Assembly (NCBI GenBank): GCA_947491605.1
Contig: CANLJW010000001.1
Coordinates: 8,829 to 72,828 of the forward strand
From: Actinomycetota bacterium
GTDB taxonomy: Bacteria > Actinomycetota > Actinomycetes > Nanopelagicales > Nanopelagicaceae
DNA: 64,000 nucleotides
Direction: 5' to 3'
Part shown: positions 21,753-31,749 of the stretch, one piece after another
How the letters are laid out: every line of letters starts with the position of its first letter
Numbering within the stretch: position 1 is the first letter of the stretch
Made by a program: the position numbers and the translations under genes
The notes under the pieces: generated by a model
What the model saw: the letters and a program-made list of their open reading frames with translations, nothing else
What the model was told of the DNA's origin: nothing
Database searches by the model: none

Positions 21753-23264
21753 GTGTCAGTCGAATTGCGCGGCATTACCAAGAGTTTTGGTGCGCTAATT
21801 GCTAACGATGGCATTGATCTTCGGGTTGAGACCGGCGAGATCCACGCAATCCTCGGTGAAAACGGTGCTGGTAAGTCAACTTTAATGAACATTCTTTATG
21901 GTCTGTTAGCCCCTGATAGTGGCCAGATTTTAGTAGATGAAAAGCCCATCATAATCTCAGAACCGAGCGATGCTCTTGCTGCCGGCATTGGCATGGTGCA
22001 CCAACATTTTATGCTGATTCCAGTATTTACAGTTGCTGAAAATATCGTGCTTGGACATGAAAAAATCAATGGGCTTGGTGTGCTTAACCTAGAACAAGCT
22101 CGGTCAGAGATCGCTCGAATTTCTAAAGAATTTAATTTTGATGTAGATCCAGATGCCGTGGTTGAAACTTTACCGGTCGGAATCCAGCAGCGCGTGGAGG
22201 TTATTAGAGCGCTAATTTATAACGCAAAAGTTTTAATTTTAGATGAACCAACTGCGGTTCTCACTCCGCAAGAAACTGATGAGCTACTTCAAGTAATGAA
22301 GAACTTAAAAAAGCAAGGTACTTCAATAATATTTATCACGCATAAATTGCGGGAAGTGAAAGAAGCTGCAGATCGAATCACGATTATTCGCCGTGGCAAA
22401 GTTGTCGGTACTGCCTTACCTTCTGCTACCCAAGAAGAGTTAGCCTCACAAATGGTTGGCCGCCCGGTAGATCTCACTATGCATAAAAATCCAGCGAAAA
22501 TCGGATCAGATCTACTTTCGATATCTAATTTAGTAGTAACTGATAGCGCCGGACGCGAGCTATTGCATAACGTTTCCTTGGATGTTCGAGCTGGTGAAAT
22601 TGTTGCGGTGGCTGGCGTTCAAGGTAATGGTCAAACCGAATTGGCCCGCGCGATCTTAAATTTAGAGGAACACGTTTCGGGCTCGATTTTGGTCGATGGA
22701 AAAAATATTGTTGGTGAAACTGTGCGAGGCTCACTCCATTCAGGAGTCGCTTTCATCCCAGAATCTAGAGAGCTAGATGGCTTAATTGGATCGTTTTCAA
22801 TCGCAGAAAATTTGATTCTTGATACCTACGACTTAGCGCCAAATGCAAAAGGGCTACTTATGAGTCCTAGTACGATAAAAAGCCAAGCCGAAAAACGCAT
22901 TGCTGAATTTGATATTCGAAGCCAAGGAGCCAGCGAACTAGTTTCATCACTATCTGGCGGCAATAAACAGAAAGTTGTGTTGGCGCGCGAGCTCTCGCGT
23001 CCGGTGAAAGTTGTAGTTGCTTCACAACCAACTCGCGGCTTAGATGTTGGCTCGATTGAATTTGTTCACGAAAAAATCGTGCAAGAACGCGACGCCGGTC
23101 GAGCTGTGCTTTTATTCAGCACTGAACTCGACGAAGTATTTGCGTTAGCAGATCGAATAGCAGTTATGTATCGAGGCGCCATCATCGATATAGTTCCAGC
23201 TTCAATTTCACGGAGCGATCTTGGGTTATTAATGGCTGGCATAAAGCCAAAGGTAAATTCATGA
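21753..23264 (+). CDS. ABC transporter ATPase with two fused ATPase domains (nucleoside/sugar type)
   Basis: GTG 21753 after AAAGG. First Walker A GENGAGKST; second domain GVQGNGQTEL; signature LSGGNKQK. Confidence 0.93.
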   Translation: MSVELRGITKSFGALIANDGIDLRVETGEIHAILGENGAGKSTLMNILYGLLAPDSGQILVDEKPIIISEPSDALAAGIGMVHQHFMLIPVFTVAENIVLGHEKINGLGVLNLEQARSEIARISKEFNFDVDPDAVVETLPVGIQQRVEVIRALIYNAKVLILDEPTAVLTPQETDELLQVMKNLKKQGTSIIFITHKLREVKEAADRITIIRRGKVVGTALPSATQEELASQMVGRPVDLTMHKNPAKIGSDLLSISNLVVTDSAGRELLHNVSLDVRAGEIVAVAGVQGNGQTELARAILNLEEHVSGSILVDGKNIVGETVRGSLHSGVAFIPESRELDGLIGSFSIAENLILDTYDLAPNAKGLLMSPSTIKSQAEKRIAEFDIRSQGASELVSSLSGGNKQKVVLARELSRPVKVVVASQPTRGLDVGSIEFVHEKIVQERDAGRAVLLFSTELDEVFALADRIAVMYRGAIIDIVPASISRSDLGLLMAGIKPKVNS

Positions 23265-24439
23265 GCAAACTGAAAAATTATTTAGACGACACTTTAAAAT
23301 CAATTACGCTTCCGTTACTAGCTTTCTTTTTAGCTATCCTCTCTGGCGGTCTTTTAATAGCTTTTTCAGATCCAAAAATTTATAAACTTTGGAAGTCGCC
23401 ACTTGAGTTTCTAGGAACTGGGTTCGCTTCAGCTGGACACGCATATTTAGCGCTAATTCAAGGATCAATTTTTGATGGAAATTTAACTTCAAAGAATTTC
23501 TTACTTGGTTTTTATCCGCTCTCCGAAACTTTTGTGGTGGCGGCGCCGCTAATTTTGACTGGGCTTTCCGTAACCCTTGCGTTTAGAGCCGGACTTTTCA
23601 ATATTGGAGCGCAAGGTCAATTTATATTTGGCGCTATCGGAGCTTCATATGTTGGTTTCCATTACAACTTGCCGCCCATTATTCATGGACTAGCTGCAAT
23701 TCTCGGAGCAATAGTTTTGGCGGGACTTTGGGGTGGACTGGTTGGTTTTCTAAAGGCGCGTACCGGTGCGCACGAAGTTATCGTGACAATCATGTTGAAT
23801 TACATCTCGATATATTTCTTGCTCTGGTTATTAAGTACCCAAACTTTCTTACGTAAAGGCAGACAAGACCCAATCGCTCCGCCTGTGAATGAAACTGCAC
23901 GCCTACCAAAGATATTTGGCATGGATTATCGGATTAACTTGGGGATTTTTATAGCGCTGGGCGTCGCTTATTTAATTCACATATTGCTAACTCGAACTAC
24001 CTGGGGATTCCAATTCAGGTCGGTAGGCGCAAACACGCTCGCCGCTAAGACTGCTGGGATGTCAGTTCCGTTTGTAATGACATCGGTAATGGTTATTTGT
24101 GGCGCCCTAGCTGGCTTAGGTGGCGCGGTGCAAGTATTGGGAAGTGAATACGCGCTAACGGCTGGGGTGGCTGGCTCTTTTGGCTTTGATGCAATCACAG
24201 TTGCCTTATTAGGTCGCGCTAAGCCGCTCGGAACTGTGTTAGCAGCTTTATTATTTGGCGCGCTAAGAGCTGGTGGTTTAACGATGCAAGCGAATACAAC
24301 CACTCCGATTGATATTGTTTTGGTAATTCAAGCGCTAGTAGTTCTTTTCATCGCCGCCCCCGCAATGGTCCGTGCAATATTTAGATTGAAAAGCGTTAAG
24401 TCTAGTTCCGACATGGCCGCGAAAGGTTGGAACGGATGA
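23261..24439 (+). CDS. ABC transporter permease (BMP-type nucleoside importer)
   Basis: ATGA overlap with the ATPase stop. Polytopic, with the FNIGAQGQ motif typical of this permease family. Confidence 0.9.
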   Translation: MSKLKNYLDDTLKSITLPLLAFFLAILSGGLLIAFSDPKIYKLWKSPLEFLGTGFASAGHAYLALIQGSIFDGNLTSKNFLLGFYPLSETFVVAAPLILTGLSVTLAFRAGLFNIGAQGQFIFGAIGASYVGFHYNLPPIIHGLAAILGAIVLAGLWGGLVGFLKARTGAHEVIVTIMLNYISIYFLLWLLSTQTFLRKGRQDPIAPPVNETARLPKIFGMDYRINLGIFIALGVAYLIHILLTRTTWGFQFRSVGANTLAAKTAGMSVPFVMTSVMVICGALAGLGGAVQVLGSEYALTAGVAGSFGFDAITVALLGRAKPLGTVLAALLFGALRAGGLTMQANTTTPIDIVLVIQALVVLFIAAPAMVRAIFRLKSVKSSSDMAAKGWNG

Positions 24440-25704
24440 GTAAGGTTTCCAAATTAACTCCAATTCAAAAACGTCGCCAACGCGGTGCTTTTACTCTTTT
24501 GGTTTTATCGATTGGATCCTTAATTGGTTTTGGCGTACTCCAAAAACAGAGCGCGCCAGTTACATATAAATTTGTATTAGAAAAAGAGTGGATTGCAATT
24601 AATGAGTGGACCTTAGATTCCCGAACCGGATCTTATGGATTTAGTATTGCGGCCCTGCTTTTTTCAATTTGGGCATTCATCCAATTCCGCAGAAATAGGA
24701 AAATCCAACTACAGAGCGCGCTCGGTGGTTTTGCAATCCTGATGGCATTTTTATGTTGGGCGGCCAGCGGCAAAATGATTCCGTTTACTGGATTATTACA
24801 AGGAGCGTTACTGCTTTCAGTGCCGCTAATTTTTGGTGCCATGGCTGGTGTGCTTTGCGAACGGTCCGGGGTAATTAACATTGCAATCGAAGGCCAATTA
24901 CTTGCCGGCGCATTTGCCGCGGGCGTGGTTGCGAGCCTTACTCAAAACACCACTTGGGGCTTGATTGTTGCCCCATTAGCCGGCGCGCTGATCTCGTTAA
25001 TTTTGGCAGTCTTCGCGATTAAATTCTCAATCGATCAAGTAATTCTTGGTTTTGTAATAAATGTACTAGTAATTGGCATGACTAATTTCTTGTATAAGAA
25101 GCTATTGATTCCTTATCAAAATACTTGGAATTCCGGCCCGATTCTCACGCCAATCGAAATTCCAATCCTTAGTAAAATTCCATTACTTGGTCCAATTTTC
25201 TTCAATCAAACAATTATTGTTTATCTGATGTATTTAATTGTTGCGGTAATCCACTTATCACTTTTCAAAACTCGTTGGGGACTTAGAACTCGAGCAGTAG
25301 GCGAGCACCCAACTGCAGCTGATTCGGTCGGCATAAAAGTAAATAATTTGCGATTCCGAAATGTAATCTTTGCTGGATTAGTTGCTGGCCTTGGTGGTGC
25401 TTATTTTACGGTTGGCGCGGTTGGCGCATTCGGTAAAGAGATGACCGCTGGAAAAGGTTTTATCGCTTTAGCGGCGCTAATTTTTGGAAGATGGAGCCCA
25501 CTTGGCGCTGTGATGGCTGCCCTCTTATTTGGATTTGCCGATAATTTACAAGGTATTCTTTCAATAACTGGAACCCCAATTCCAAGTGAGTTCATGTTGA
25601 TGGCGCCATACATCGCAACCATAATTGCAGTGACTGGATTTGTTGGGAGAGTACGTGCGCCGGCGGCAGACGGTATTCCATACAACAGAGGCGGTTCGAA
25701 TTAA
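24436..25704 (+). CDS. ABC transporter permease (second subunit)
   Basis: ATGA overlap at 24436-24439. Polytopic, with the INIAIEGQ motif. Confidence 0.9.
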   Translation: MSKVSKLTPIQKRRQRGAFTLLVLSIGSLIGFGVLQKQSAPVTYKFVLEKEWIAINEWTLDSRTGSYGFSIAALLFSIWAFIQFRRNRKIQLQSALGGFAILMAFLCWAASGKMIPFTGLLQGALLLSVPLIFGAMAGVLCERSGVINIAIEGQLLAGAFAAGVVASLTQNTTWGLIVAPLAGALISLILAVFAIKFSIDQVILGFVINVLVIGMTNFLYKKLLIPYQNTWNSGPILTPIEIPILSKIPLLGPIFFNQTIIVYLMYLIVAVIHLSLFKTRWGLRTRAVGEHPTAADSVGIKVNNLRFRNVIFAGLVAGLGGAYFTVGAVGAFGKEMTAGKGFIALAALIFGRWSPLGAVMAALLFGFADNLQGILSITGTPIPSEFMLMAPYIATIIAVTGFVGRVRAPAADGIPYNRGGSN

Positions 25705-26093
25705 TGGAGATTAACTGGCAAACGCTGCACGATGAAGCAAACCGAGTGATGAAACTTTCGTACTCTCCTTATTCTAAATTTCCAGTTGGGGTTGCTGGCT
25801 TAGTAAGCGATGGTCGAATTATTAGCGGTTGTAATGTCGAGAACGCTAGCTACGGCTTAACTCTCTGCGCAGAATGCAGCATGATTTCTAATTTAGCTAT
25901 GACTGGTGGTGGTCGAATAATTGCAGCGCTCTGCGTTGACGGCAACGGAAATTATTTATCGCCATGTGGACGCTGCCGCCAACTACTTTTTGAGCATGGT
26001 GGGCCGAATCTTCAATTAATGACGCCGACCGGTCCGCAACCTATGTCGATCATGCTGCCATGGGGATTTGGTCCAGAAGATTTACCAAAGTGA
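25704..26093 (+). CDS. cdd: cytidine deaminase
   Basis: TAATG junction. 129 aa. Zinc ligands CAEC and PCGRCRQ. Confidence 0.93.
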   Translation: MEINWQTLHDEANRVMKLSYSPYSKFPVGVAGLVSDGRIISGCNVENASYGLTLCAECSMISNLAMTGGGRIIAALCVDGNGNYLSPCGRCRQLLFEHGGPNLQLMTPTGPQPMSIMLPWGFGPEDLPK

Positions 26094-27379
26094 GTGAACC
26101 ATTTGCTGCCGTAGAGATTATTGGCGCTAAACGAGATAACTGCGTATTAACAGATCCACAAATTGATTGGATTGTCGATGCCTACACTCGCGGCATCGTT
26201 GCAGATGAGCAGATGTCTGCGTTATTAATGGCAATTTTATTAAATGGCATGAACGGCCATGAAATCTCACGTTGGACTGATGCCATGGTTAATAGTGGCG
26301 AACGTATGTCATGGTCAAAACTCAGAGTTCCTACCGTTGATAAACATTCAACTGGTGGCGTTGGTGACAAAATTACGTTACCGCTTGCGCCATTAGTTGC
26401 AGCATGTGGCGTGGCAGTACCACAACTCTCGGGTCGCGGCCTGGGCCATACTGGCGGCACGTTAGATAAACTTGAATCCATTCCAGGTTGGCGCGCATCA
26501 TTAACTAATGCAGAGATGTTAAAAGTTCTACAAGATTGCGGCGCAGTTATTTGTGCTGCAGGCGCTAGTTTAGCCCCAGCAGATAAGAAACTTTATGCAC
26601 TTCGGGATGTAACTGGAACTGTGCCCGCAATTTCTTTAATTGCATCATCCATCATGAGTAAGAAAATTGCTGAAGGTACTAGCGCATTAGTCCTAGATGT
26701 TAAAGCAGGAAGCGGTGCTTTCATCTCCGACCCAGAACAAGCAAAATTATTAGCGCGCACAATGGTTGATTTAGGAAATAGGTCTGGCGTAAAAACCAGA
26801 GCGCTTATTACGGCGATGGATGTACCACTGGGATTAACTGTCGGCAATGCGTTAGAAGTTAGAGAATCGGTTGAAGTTCTAGCTGGCGGTGGACCAGCTG
26901 ATGTTGTTGAATTAACTATCTTGTTAGCACGCGAGATGTTGGAATTAGTTGGTGTAACTAGTAAAGATCCTGCCACAGCACTTAAAGACGGCAGCGCAAT
27001 GGATCATTGGCGTCGCATGATTTCGGCGCAAGGTGGCGACCCAGATGCAAAACTTCCAACTGCAAAAGAAACTCAACAAGTATTTGCAGAAACCGATGGC
27101 TTGCTAACAAAAATGGATGCCATGAAAGTTGGCGTAGCCGCTTGGTTATTAGGCGCCGGTCGATCTCGCCAAGGTGAAAAAGTACAAGCTGCTGCTGGCA
27201 TCGAAATGCATGTAAAACCAGGTGAAATGGTTAAAAAAGGTGCACCGTTATTTACGCTCCATTCGGATGAACCCGAAAGGTTTACCCGCGCAATAGCGGC
27301 CCTTGATGGCGCCGTTTCGATTTCAACTTCCAACGAAAAGGTGGAACGATTACCTTTAATTGTTGCGCGGATTGAATAA
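26090..27379 (+). CDS. deoA: thymidine / pyrimidine-nucleoside phosphorylase
   Basis: GTGA overlap with the cdd stop. DKHSTGGVGDK, SGRGLGHTGGTLDKLE. Confidence 0.93.
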   Translation: MSEPFAAVEIIGAKRDNCVLTDPQIDWIVDAYTRGIVADEQMSALLMAILLNGMNGHEISRWTDAMVNSGERMSWSKLRVPTVDKHSTGGVGDKITLPLAPLVAACGVAVPQLSGRGLGHTGGTLDKLESIPGWRASLTNAEMLKVLQDCGAVICAAGASLAPADKKLYALRDVTGTVPAISLIASSIMSKKIAEGTSALVLDVKAGSGAFISDPEQAKLLARTMVDLGNRSGVKTRALITAMDVPLGLTVGNALEVRESVEVLAGGGPADVVELTILLAREMLELVGVTSKDPATALKDGSAMDHWRRMISAQGGDPDAKLPTAKETQQVFAETDGLLTKMDAMKVGVAAWLLGAGRSRQGEKVQAAAGIEMHVKPGEMVKKGAPLFTLHSDEPERFTRAIAALDGAVSISTSNEKVERLPLIVARIE

Positions 27380-27397
27380 ATTAAAGAGGGCAAGTAA

Positions 27398-28492
27398 ATG
27401 TCATTGTTAAATGTTCCAACCAAGGAACAAGTAAAAAAAGTACCTAAAGCGCTACTTCATGATCATTTAGATGGTGGACTACGCCCCGAAACAATTATTG
27501 CACTTGCGGAAAAGATCGGTTATAAAAAACTTCCCACAAACGATCCAGAAAAACTAGCGGATTGGTTTCAAGAATCATGTGATTCAGGATCGCTAGTAAG
27601 ATATTTGGAAACTTTCGCACACACCATCGCAGTCATGCAGACCCGTGATGGCATTATTCAAGTAGCGCGCGAATGCGCCATCGATCTTGCTAGAGATGGC
27701 GTGGTTTACGCTGAAGTTCGCGGCGCGCCAGAACTTTTTACCGAAGCAGGTTTAACGCTAAATCAAGTCGTTGAAGCTACTACTGCAGGTTATAAAGAAG
27801 GTATGGCTGAAGCAAAACGCGAAGGAAACACGATTCGAGTCGAGTCAATTCTCTGCGGCATGCGTCAAAATAACCGATCCCAAGAAACAGCGGAAGCAGT
27901 CGTTAAATATCGCGATCAAGGCGTCGTTGGTTTTGATATTGCCGGCCCAGAAGATGGGTTTCCACCAACAAATCAATTAGATACATTTGAATATTTACGG
28001 AAAGAAAATGCACACTTCACAATCCATGCCGGCGAAGCTTATGGTCTACCTTCGATTTGGGAAGCCATCCAACATTGTGGCGCTGAGCGTTTAGGACATG
28101 GCGTACGAATTATTGATGACATTGATTTTTCGGGTACGACGCCAAAATTAGGGCGGTTAGCGTCATATGTAAGAGACCGCCGAATTCCATTAGAACTTTG
28201 TCCGACTTCAAATTTACAAACCGGTGCTGCAAAAACTATTGCAGAGCATCCAATCGGCGTTTTAGCTAAATTGAGATTTAGAATCACAGTTAATACCGAC
28301 AATCGGTTGATGTCTAGAACTTCGATGACCCATGAGATGAATGAATTAATCGGAGCATTTGGCTGGAATTTTGCAGATTTACAACGCGTGACCGTAAATG
28401 CAATGAAGAGCGCATTTATTCCCTTTGAAGAACGGCTAGCAATCATTGAAACCGTGATAAAGCCCGCTTATTTGCGGATCGCTAGCGAGTAA
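27398..28492 (+). CDS. add: adenosine deaminase
   Basis: [12 protein letters not shown] metal-binding start, FTIHAGE, and a [10 protein letters not shown] (DN motif). Confidence 0.95.
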   Translation: MSLLNVPTKEQVKKVPKALLHDHLDGGLRPETIIALAEKIGYKKLPTNDPEKLADWFQESCDSGSLVRYLETFAHTIAVMQTRDGIIQVARECAIDLARDGVVYAEVRGAPELFTEAGLTLNQVVEATTAGYKEGMAEAKREGNTIRVESILCGMRQNNRSQETAEAVVKYRDQGVVGFDIAGPEDGFPPTNQLDTFEYLRKENAHFTIHAGEAYGLPSIWEAIQHCGAERLGHGVRIIDDIDFSGTTPKLGRLASYVRDRRIPLELCPTSNLQTGAAKTIAEHPIGVLAKLRFRITVNTDNRLMSRTSMTHEMNELIGAFGWNFADLQRVTVNAMKSAFIPFEERLAIIETVIKPAYLRIASE

Positions 28493-29335
28493 CTAAACCC
28501 CGATCGGGTGCCAAACTGTTTTAGCTTCCATAAAAGCTAACATTCTTTGGGGCGATTGGGACTTATTAAATCGGTGTATCCGCTTTAGATTCTCAGCACC
28601 AGCGATTCGAAGTTCTGATTCAATTTTCGAATCTACTCCAGAAATATCTAAGCCATCAATCTCCATATGCGAAGCCAACCAAGGCGCTAATTCAGAAACT
28701 TTTCCAGTTAAGATATTTAAAACTCCGGCTGGCAAATCACTAGTTGCAAGCGCTTCGCTCAGCGTTATTGCTGGAAGCGGCCGCTTCTCACTTGCGATTA
28801 CTACAGCGGTATTGCCAGTAGCAATGACTGGCGCAATCGCTGCAACTAAGCCCAAGAGTGAATCTTTCTGATCTGCGATAATTCCAACAACGCCAAGTTC
28901 TTCGGGAGTAGTGAAGTTGTAATACGGTCCTGCGATTGGGTTAGTAGCACCAGCTATCGTTGAAATTTTGTCGCACCAGCCGGCATACCAAACCCATAAA
29001 TCAATAGCTTGTTCCACTTGCGCTTCCGCCGCTTTTGCACTGCCGCCTTCTAACGCGATAATTTCATTTACAAATTGGTCGCGCCGGCCTTCCATGATTT
29101 CGGCAATTCGGTAGAGAATTTGGCCGCGATTAAATGCGGTAGCGCTACTCCAACCCGATAGCGCGGATTTAGCAGCAGTTACTGAATCTCGTAGATCTTT
29201 TCGCGAAGCTAAGGCAGGGTTAGCAATAAATTTTCCATTAGTACCTTTGATTTCATAAGTACGTCCAGATTCGCTCCGCGGAAATTGGCCACCAATAAAT
29301 AATTTATAAGTTTTCTTAATATCAATTCGGCTCAT
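28493..29335 (-). CDS. aldehyde-dehydrogenase-like protein lacking the catalytic domain (probable pseudoenzyme)
   Basis: 280 aa. Aligns to the N-terminal about 260 aa of the adjacent ALDH (FIGG.., LPAGVLNILTG) and to the extreme C-terminal tail (AKTVW). ELGGK Glu, catalytic Cys and EEIFGP are all absent. ATGA coupling to the upstream ALDH. Confidence 0.75.
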   Translation of the reverse strand: MSRIDIKKTYKLFIGGQFPRSESGRTYEIKGTNGKFIANPALASRKDLRDSVTAAKSALSGWSSATAFNRGQILYRIAEIMEGRRDQFVNEIIALEGGSAKAAEAQVEQAIDLWVWYAGWCDKISTIAGATNPIAGPYYNFTTPEELGVVGIIADQKDSLLGLVAAIAPVIATGNTAVVIASEKRPLPAITLSEALATSDLPAGVLNILTGKVSELAPWLASHMEIDGLDISGVDSKIESELRIAGAENLKRIHRFNKSQSPQRMLAFMEAKTVWHPIGV

Positions 29336-30780
29336 TTTGCGCCTTTCAAATATGGGGCCAGGCCATGTCGGCCACCTTCACGACCCCAACCGGATTCTTT
29401 ATACCCACCAAATGGTGAAGCCGGATCAAATTTATTAAAAGTATTTGCCCAAATTACGCCAGCCTTAAGGGCTTTGCTAGCCCAAAGTATTCGGGAACCC
29501 TTCTCACTCCAAATTCCAGCTGAGAGCCCATAAGGAGTGTTATTTGCTTTTTCAATAGCCTCTTGTGGTGTTCGGAAAGTTAGAACTGAAAGCACTGGTC
29601 CAAATATTTCTTCACGTGCAATTCGATGCGATTGGGTTACCCCGGTAAATAATGTTGGTGCAAACCAGAATCCCTTGCTGGGCAATTGACAATCCGGACT
29701 CCATCTAAATGCGCCTTCAGTATCGCCAGAAGCAGAGAGCTCTTTAATTTTTGCGAGTTGTGCTGCCGAATTAATCGCGCCTAAATCCGTATTTTTATCT
29801 AACGGATCACCTACGCGAATCAAAGACATTCTTCGTTTTAGTTTTGCTAAAAGTTCGTCGTAGATATTTTCTTGGACAATTAGCCGAGAGCCAGCGCAAC
29901 AAACATGGCCCTGGTTGAAAAATATTCCGTTCACAATTCCTTCAACAGCTTCATCAATTGGTGCATCTTCGAAAACAATATTTGCAGCCTTTCCACCTAA
30001 TTCGAGAGTTGCGTTCTTGCCACTGATTGCAATTGAGCGAGCAATTAATTTACCGACCTCGGTAGATCCAGTAAATGCAATCTTGTCGACACCTGGGTGG
30101 TTAACCAGCGCTGCACCAGTTGCGCCATCTCCAGTAATGATATTTACAACCCCAGCAGGTAGCTCTGCTTGCTGGCAAACTTCGGCAAATAGCAGCGCAG
30201 TTAAGGGCGTGGTTTCGGCTGGTTTTAAGACCACGGTATTTCCAGTTGCTAAAGCCGGCGCAATTTTCCAAGCTAACATCAAGAGTGGAAAGTTCCATGG
30301 AATTATCTGGCCAACTACGCCATGAGGTTTTGGATTGATTCCTAACCCTGCATAATCTAATTTATCGGCCCAGCCCGCGTGATAAAAGAAATGAGCAGCC
30401 GCTAGCGGTACATCAACATCGCGCGATTCTCTAATTGGTTTTCCGTTATCAAGGGTTTCTAGTACCGCAAATTCTCGAGCTCGCTCTTGCATAATCCGGG
30501 CAATCCGAAATAAATACTTACCACGCTCTTTAGCTGGCATTTTTGACCAAGTTTTTAGATATGCAGCCCGCGCAGCTTTCACGGCGCGATCTACATCGCT
30601 ATCGCTTGCTTGGCTTATCTTGCTTAAAACTTCTTCATTAGCTGGATTAATGGTGGCAAATTTATCCTTAGTTTTCGGCTCTACCCACGCACCATTAATA
30701 AATAACCCATATTGCGCTTTTATAGAAACTAGCGCGCGCGATTCCGGCGCCGGTGCGTATTCAAAAGGGTTCTTATCCAT
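29332..30780 (-). CDS. NAD(P)-dependent aldehyde dehydrogenase
   Basis: IIPWNFP, FTGSTEVG, LELGGKA, catalytic NQGHVCCAGSR, EEIFGPV. 482 aa. Confidence 0.93.
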   Translation of the reverse strand: MDKNPFEYAPAPESRALVSIKAQYGLFINGAWVEPKTKDKFATINPANEEVLSKISQASDSDVDRAVKAARAAYLKTWSKMPAKERGKYLFRIARIMQERAREFAVLETLDNGKPIRESRDVDVPLAAAHFFYHAGWADKLDYAGLGINPKPHGVVGQIIPWNFPLLMLAWKIAPALATGNTVVLKPAETTPLTALLFAEVCQQAELPAGVVNIITGDGATGAALVNHPGVDKIAFTGSTEVGKLIARSIAISGKNATLELGGKAANIVFEDAPIDEAVEGIVNGIFFNQGHVCCAGSRLIVQENIYDELLAKLKRRMSLIRVGDPLDKNTDLGAINSAAQLAKIKELSASGDTEGAFRWSPDCQLPSKGFWFAPTLFTGVTQSHRIAREEIFGPVLSVLTFRTPQEAIEKANNTPYGLSAGIWSEKGSRILWASKALKAGVIWANTFNKFDPASPFGGYKESGWGREGGRHGLAPYLKGAK

Positions 30781-30803
30781 AACTTGGCTACCTTATTTCA
30801 CTA

Positions 30804-31745
30804 TCAGTCTAATGTCACGTAATTGGAACCCGAGTAAAAACCAGAGGTTGCTTTCATTCGTTGCATTAATAAATCATTTAATAGCGCGCTTGCACCGATT
30901 CTAAAAAGATGAGGGTTTAGCCATTCTGGGCCAGCTACCTCATTTACTAAAACTAATTGTTTGATTGCATCTTTGGTGGTTCGGATGCCGCCGGCTGCTT
31001 TTACGCCAATCCGCATTCCAGTTTGCAGGTAATAATCTCTAACAGCTTCTAACATAACTAGCACTACGGGGGGAGTAGCAGCAGGCGAAATTTTTCCAGT
31101 ACTTGTTTTAATAAAGTCAGCTCCAGCTAACATCGCAATAAATGAAGCTTTTCGCACATTATCGTAGGTGGTTAATTCGCCAGTTTCTAAGATAACTTTT
31201 AACTGCGCACGGTTACCGCATACTTCTTTGATCGCGGTAATTTCATCGAAAACTAAACCAAATTTGCCGGAGAGGAAAGCCCCACGATCAATCACCATAT
31301 CGATTTCGGTAGCGCCATCGTTAAGCGCATCTTGAGTATCTTGAATTTTAACTTTCAAAGATGCGCGTCCAGATGGAAAAGCAGTTGTGACAGCTGCTAT
31401 TGGGATATGTGAACCCCCATTTAGATTCAAACTCTCGCGCGCGATTTTTACTAAATCGTTGTAAACACAGACTGCGCCAACACTTGGTACTGAAAAATCA
31501 GTTGGGTCTGGGTGGACCGCTTTTGCGCAAATTGCTCGAACTTTTCCGGCAGTGTCAGCGCCTTCTAGCGTTGTTAAATCCACCATTCGAATTGCCATAT
31601 CGATTGCCCAAGATTTACTTGTGGTTTTAATACTTCTCGTGCCTAACATGGCAGCTCGTTGCTCCACCCCAACTTTATCGACCCCGGGCAACGCAGCTAG
31701 ATATTTACGAAGCGAAGCTTCCGACCCATCGATCAAAGTGATCAT
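30804..31745 (-). CDS. deoC: deoxyribose-phosphate aldolase (long form)
   Basis: Class I aldolase. FIKTSTGK Schiff-base Lys motif and VKAAGGIRT. Confidence 0.92.
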   Translation of the reverse strand: MITLIDGSEASLRKYLAALPGVDKVGVEQRAAMLGTRSIKTTSKSWAIDMAIRMVDLTTLEGADTAGKVRAICAKAVHPDPTDFSVPSVGAVCVYNDLVKIARESLNLNGGSHIPIAAVTTAFPSGRASLKVKIQDTQDALNDGATEIDMVIDRGAFLSGKFGLVFDEITAIKEVCGNRAQLKVILETGELTTYDNVRKASFIAMLAGADFIKTSTGKISPAATPPVVLVMLEAVRDYYLQTGMRIGVKAAGGIRTTKDAIKQLVLVNEVAGPEWLNPHLFRIGASALLNDLLMQRMKATSGFYSGSNYVTLD

Positions 31746-31749
31746 GTCG

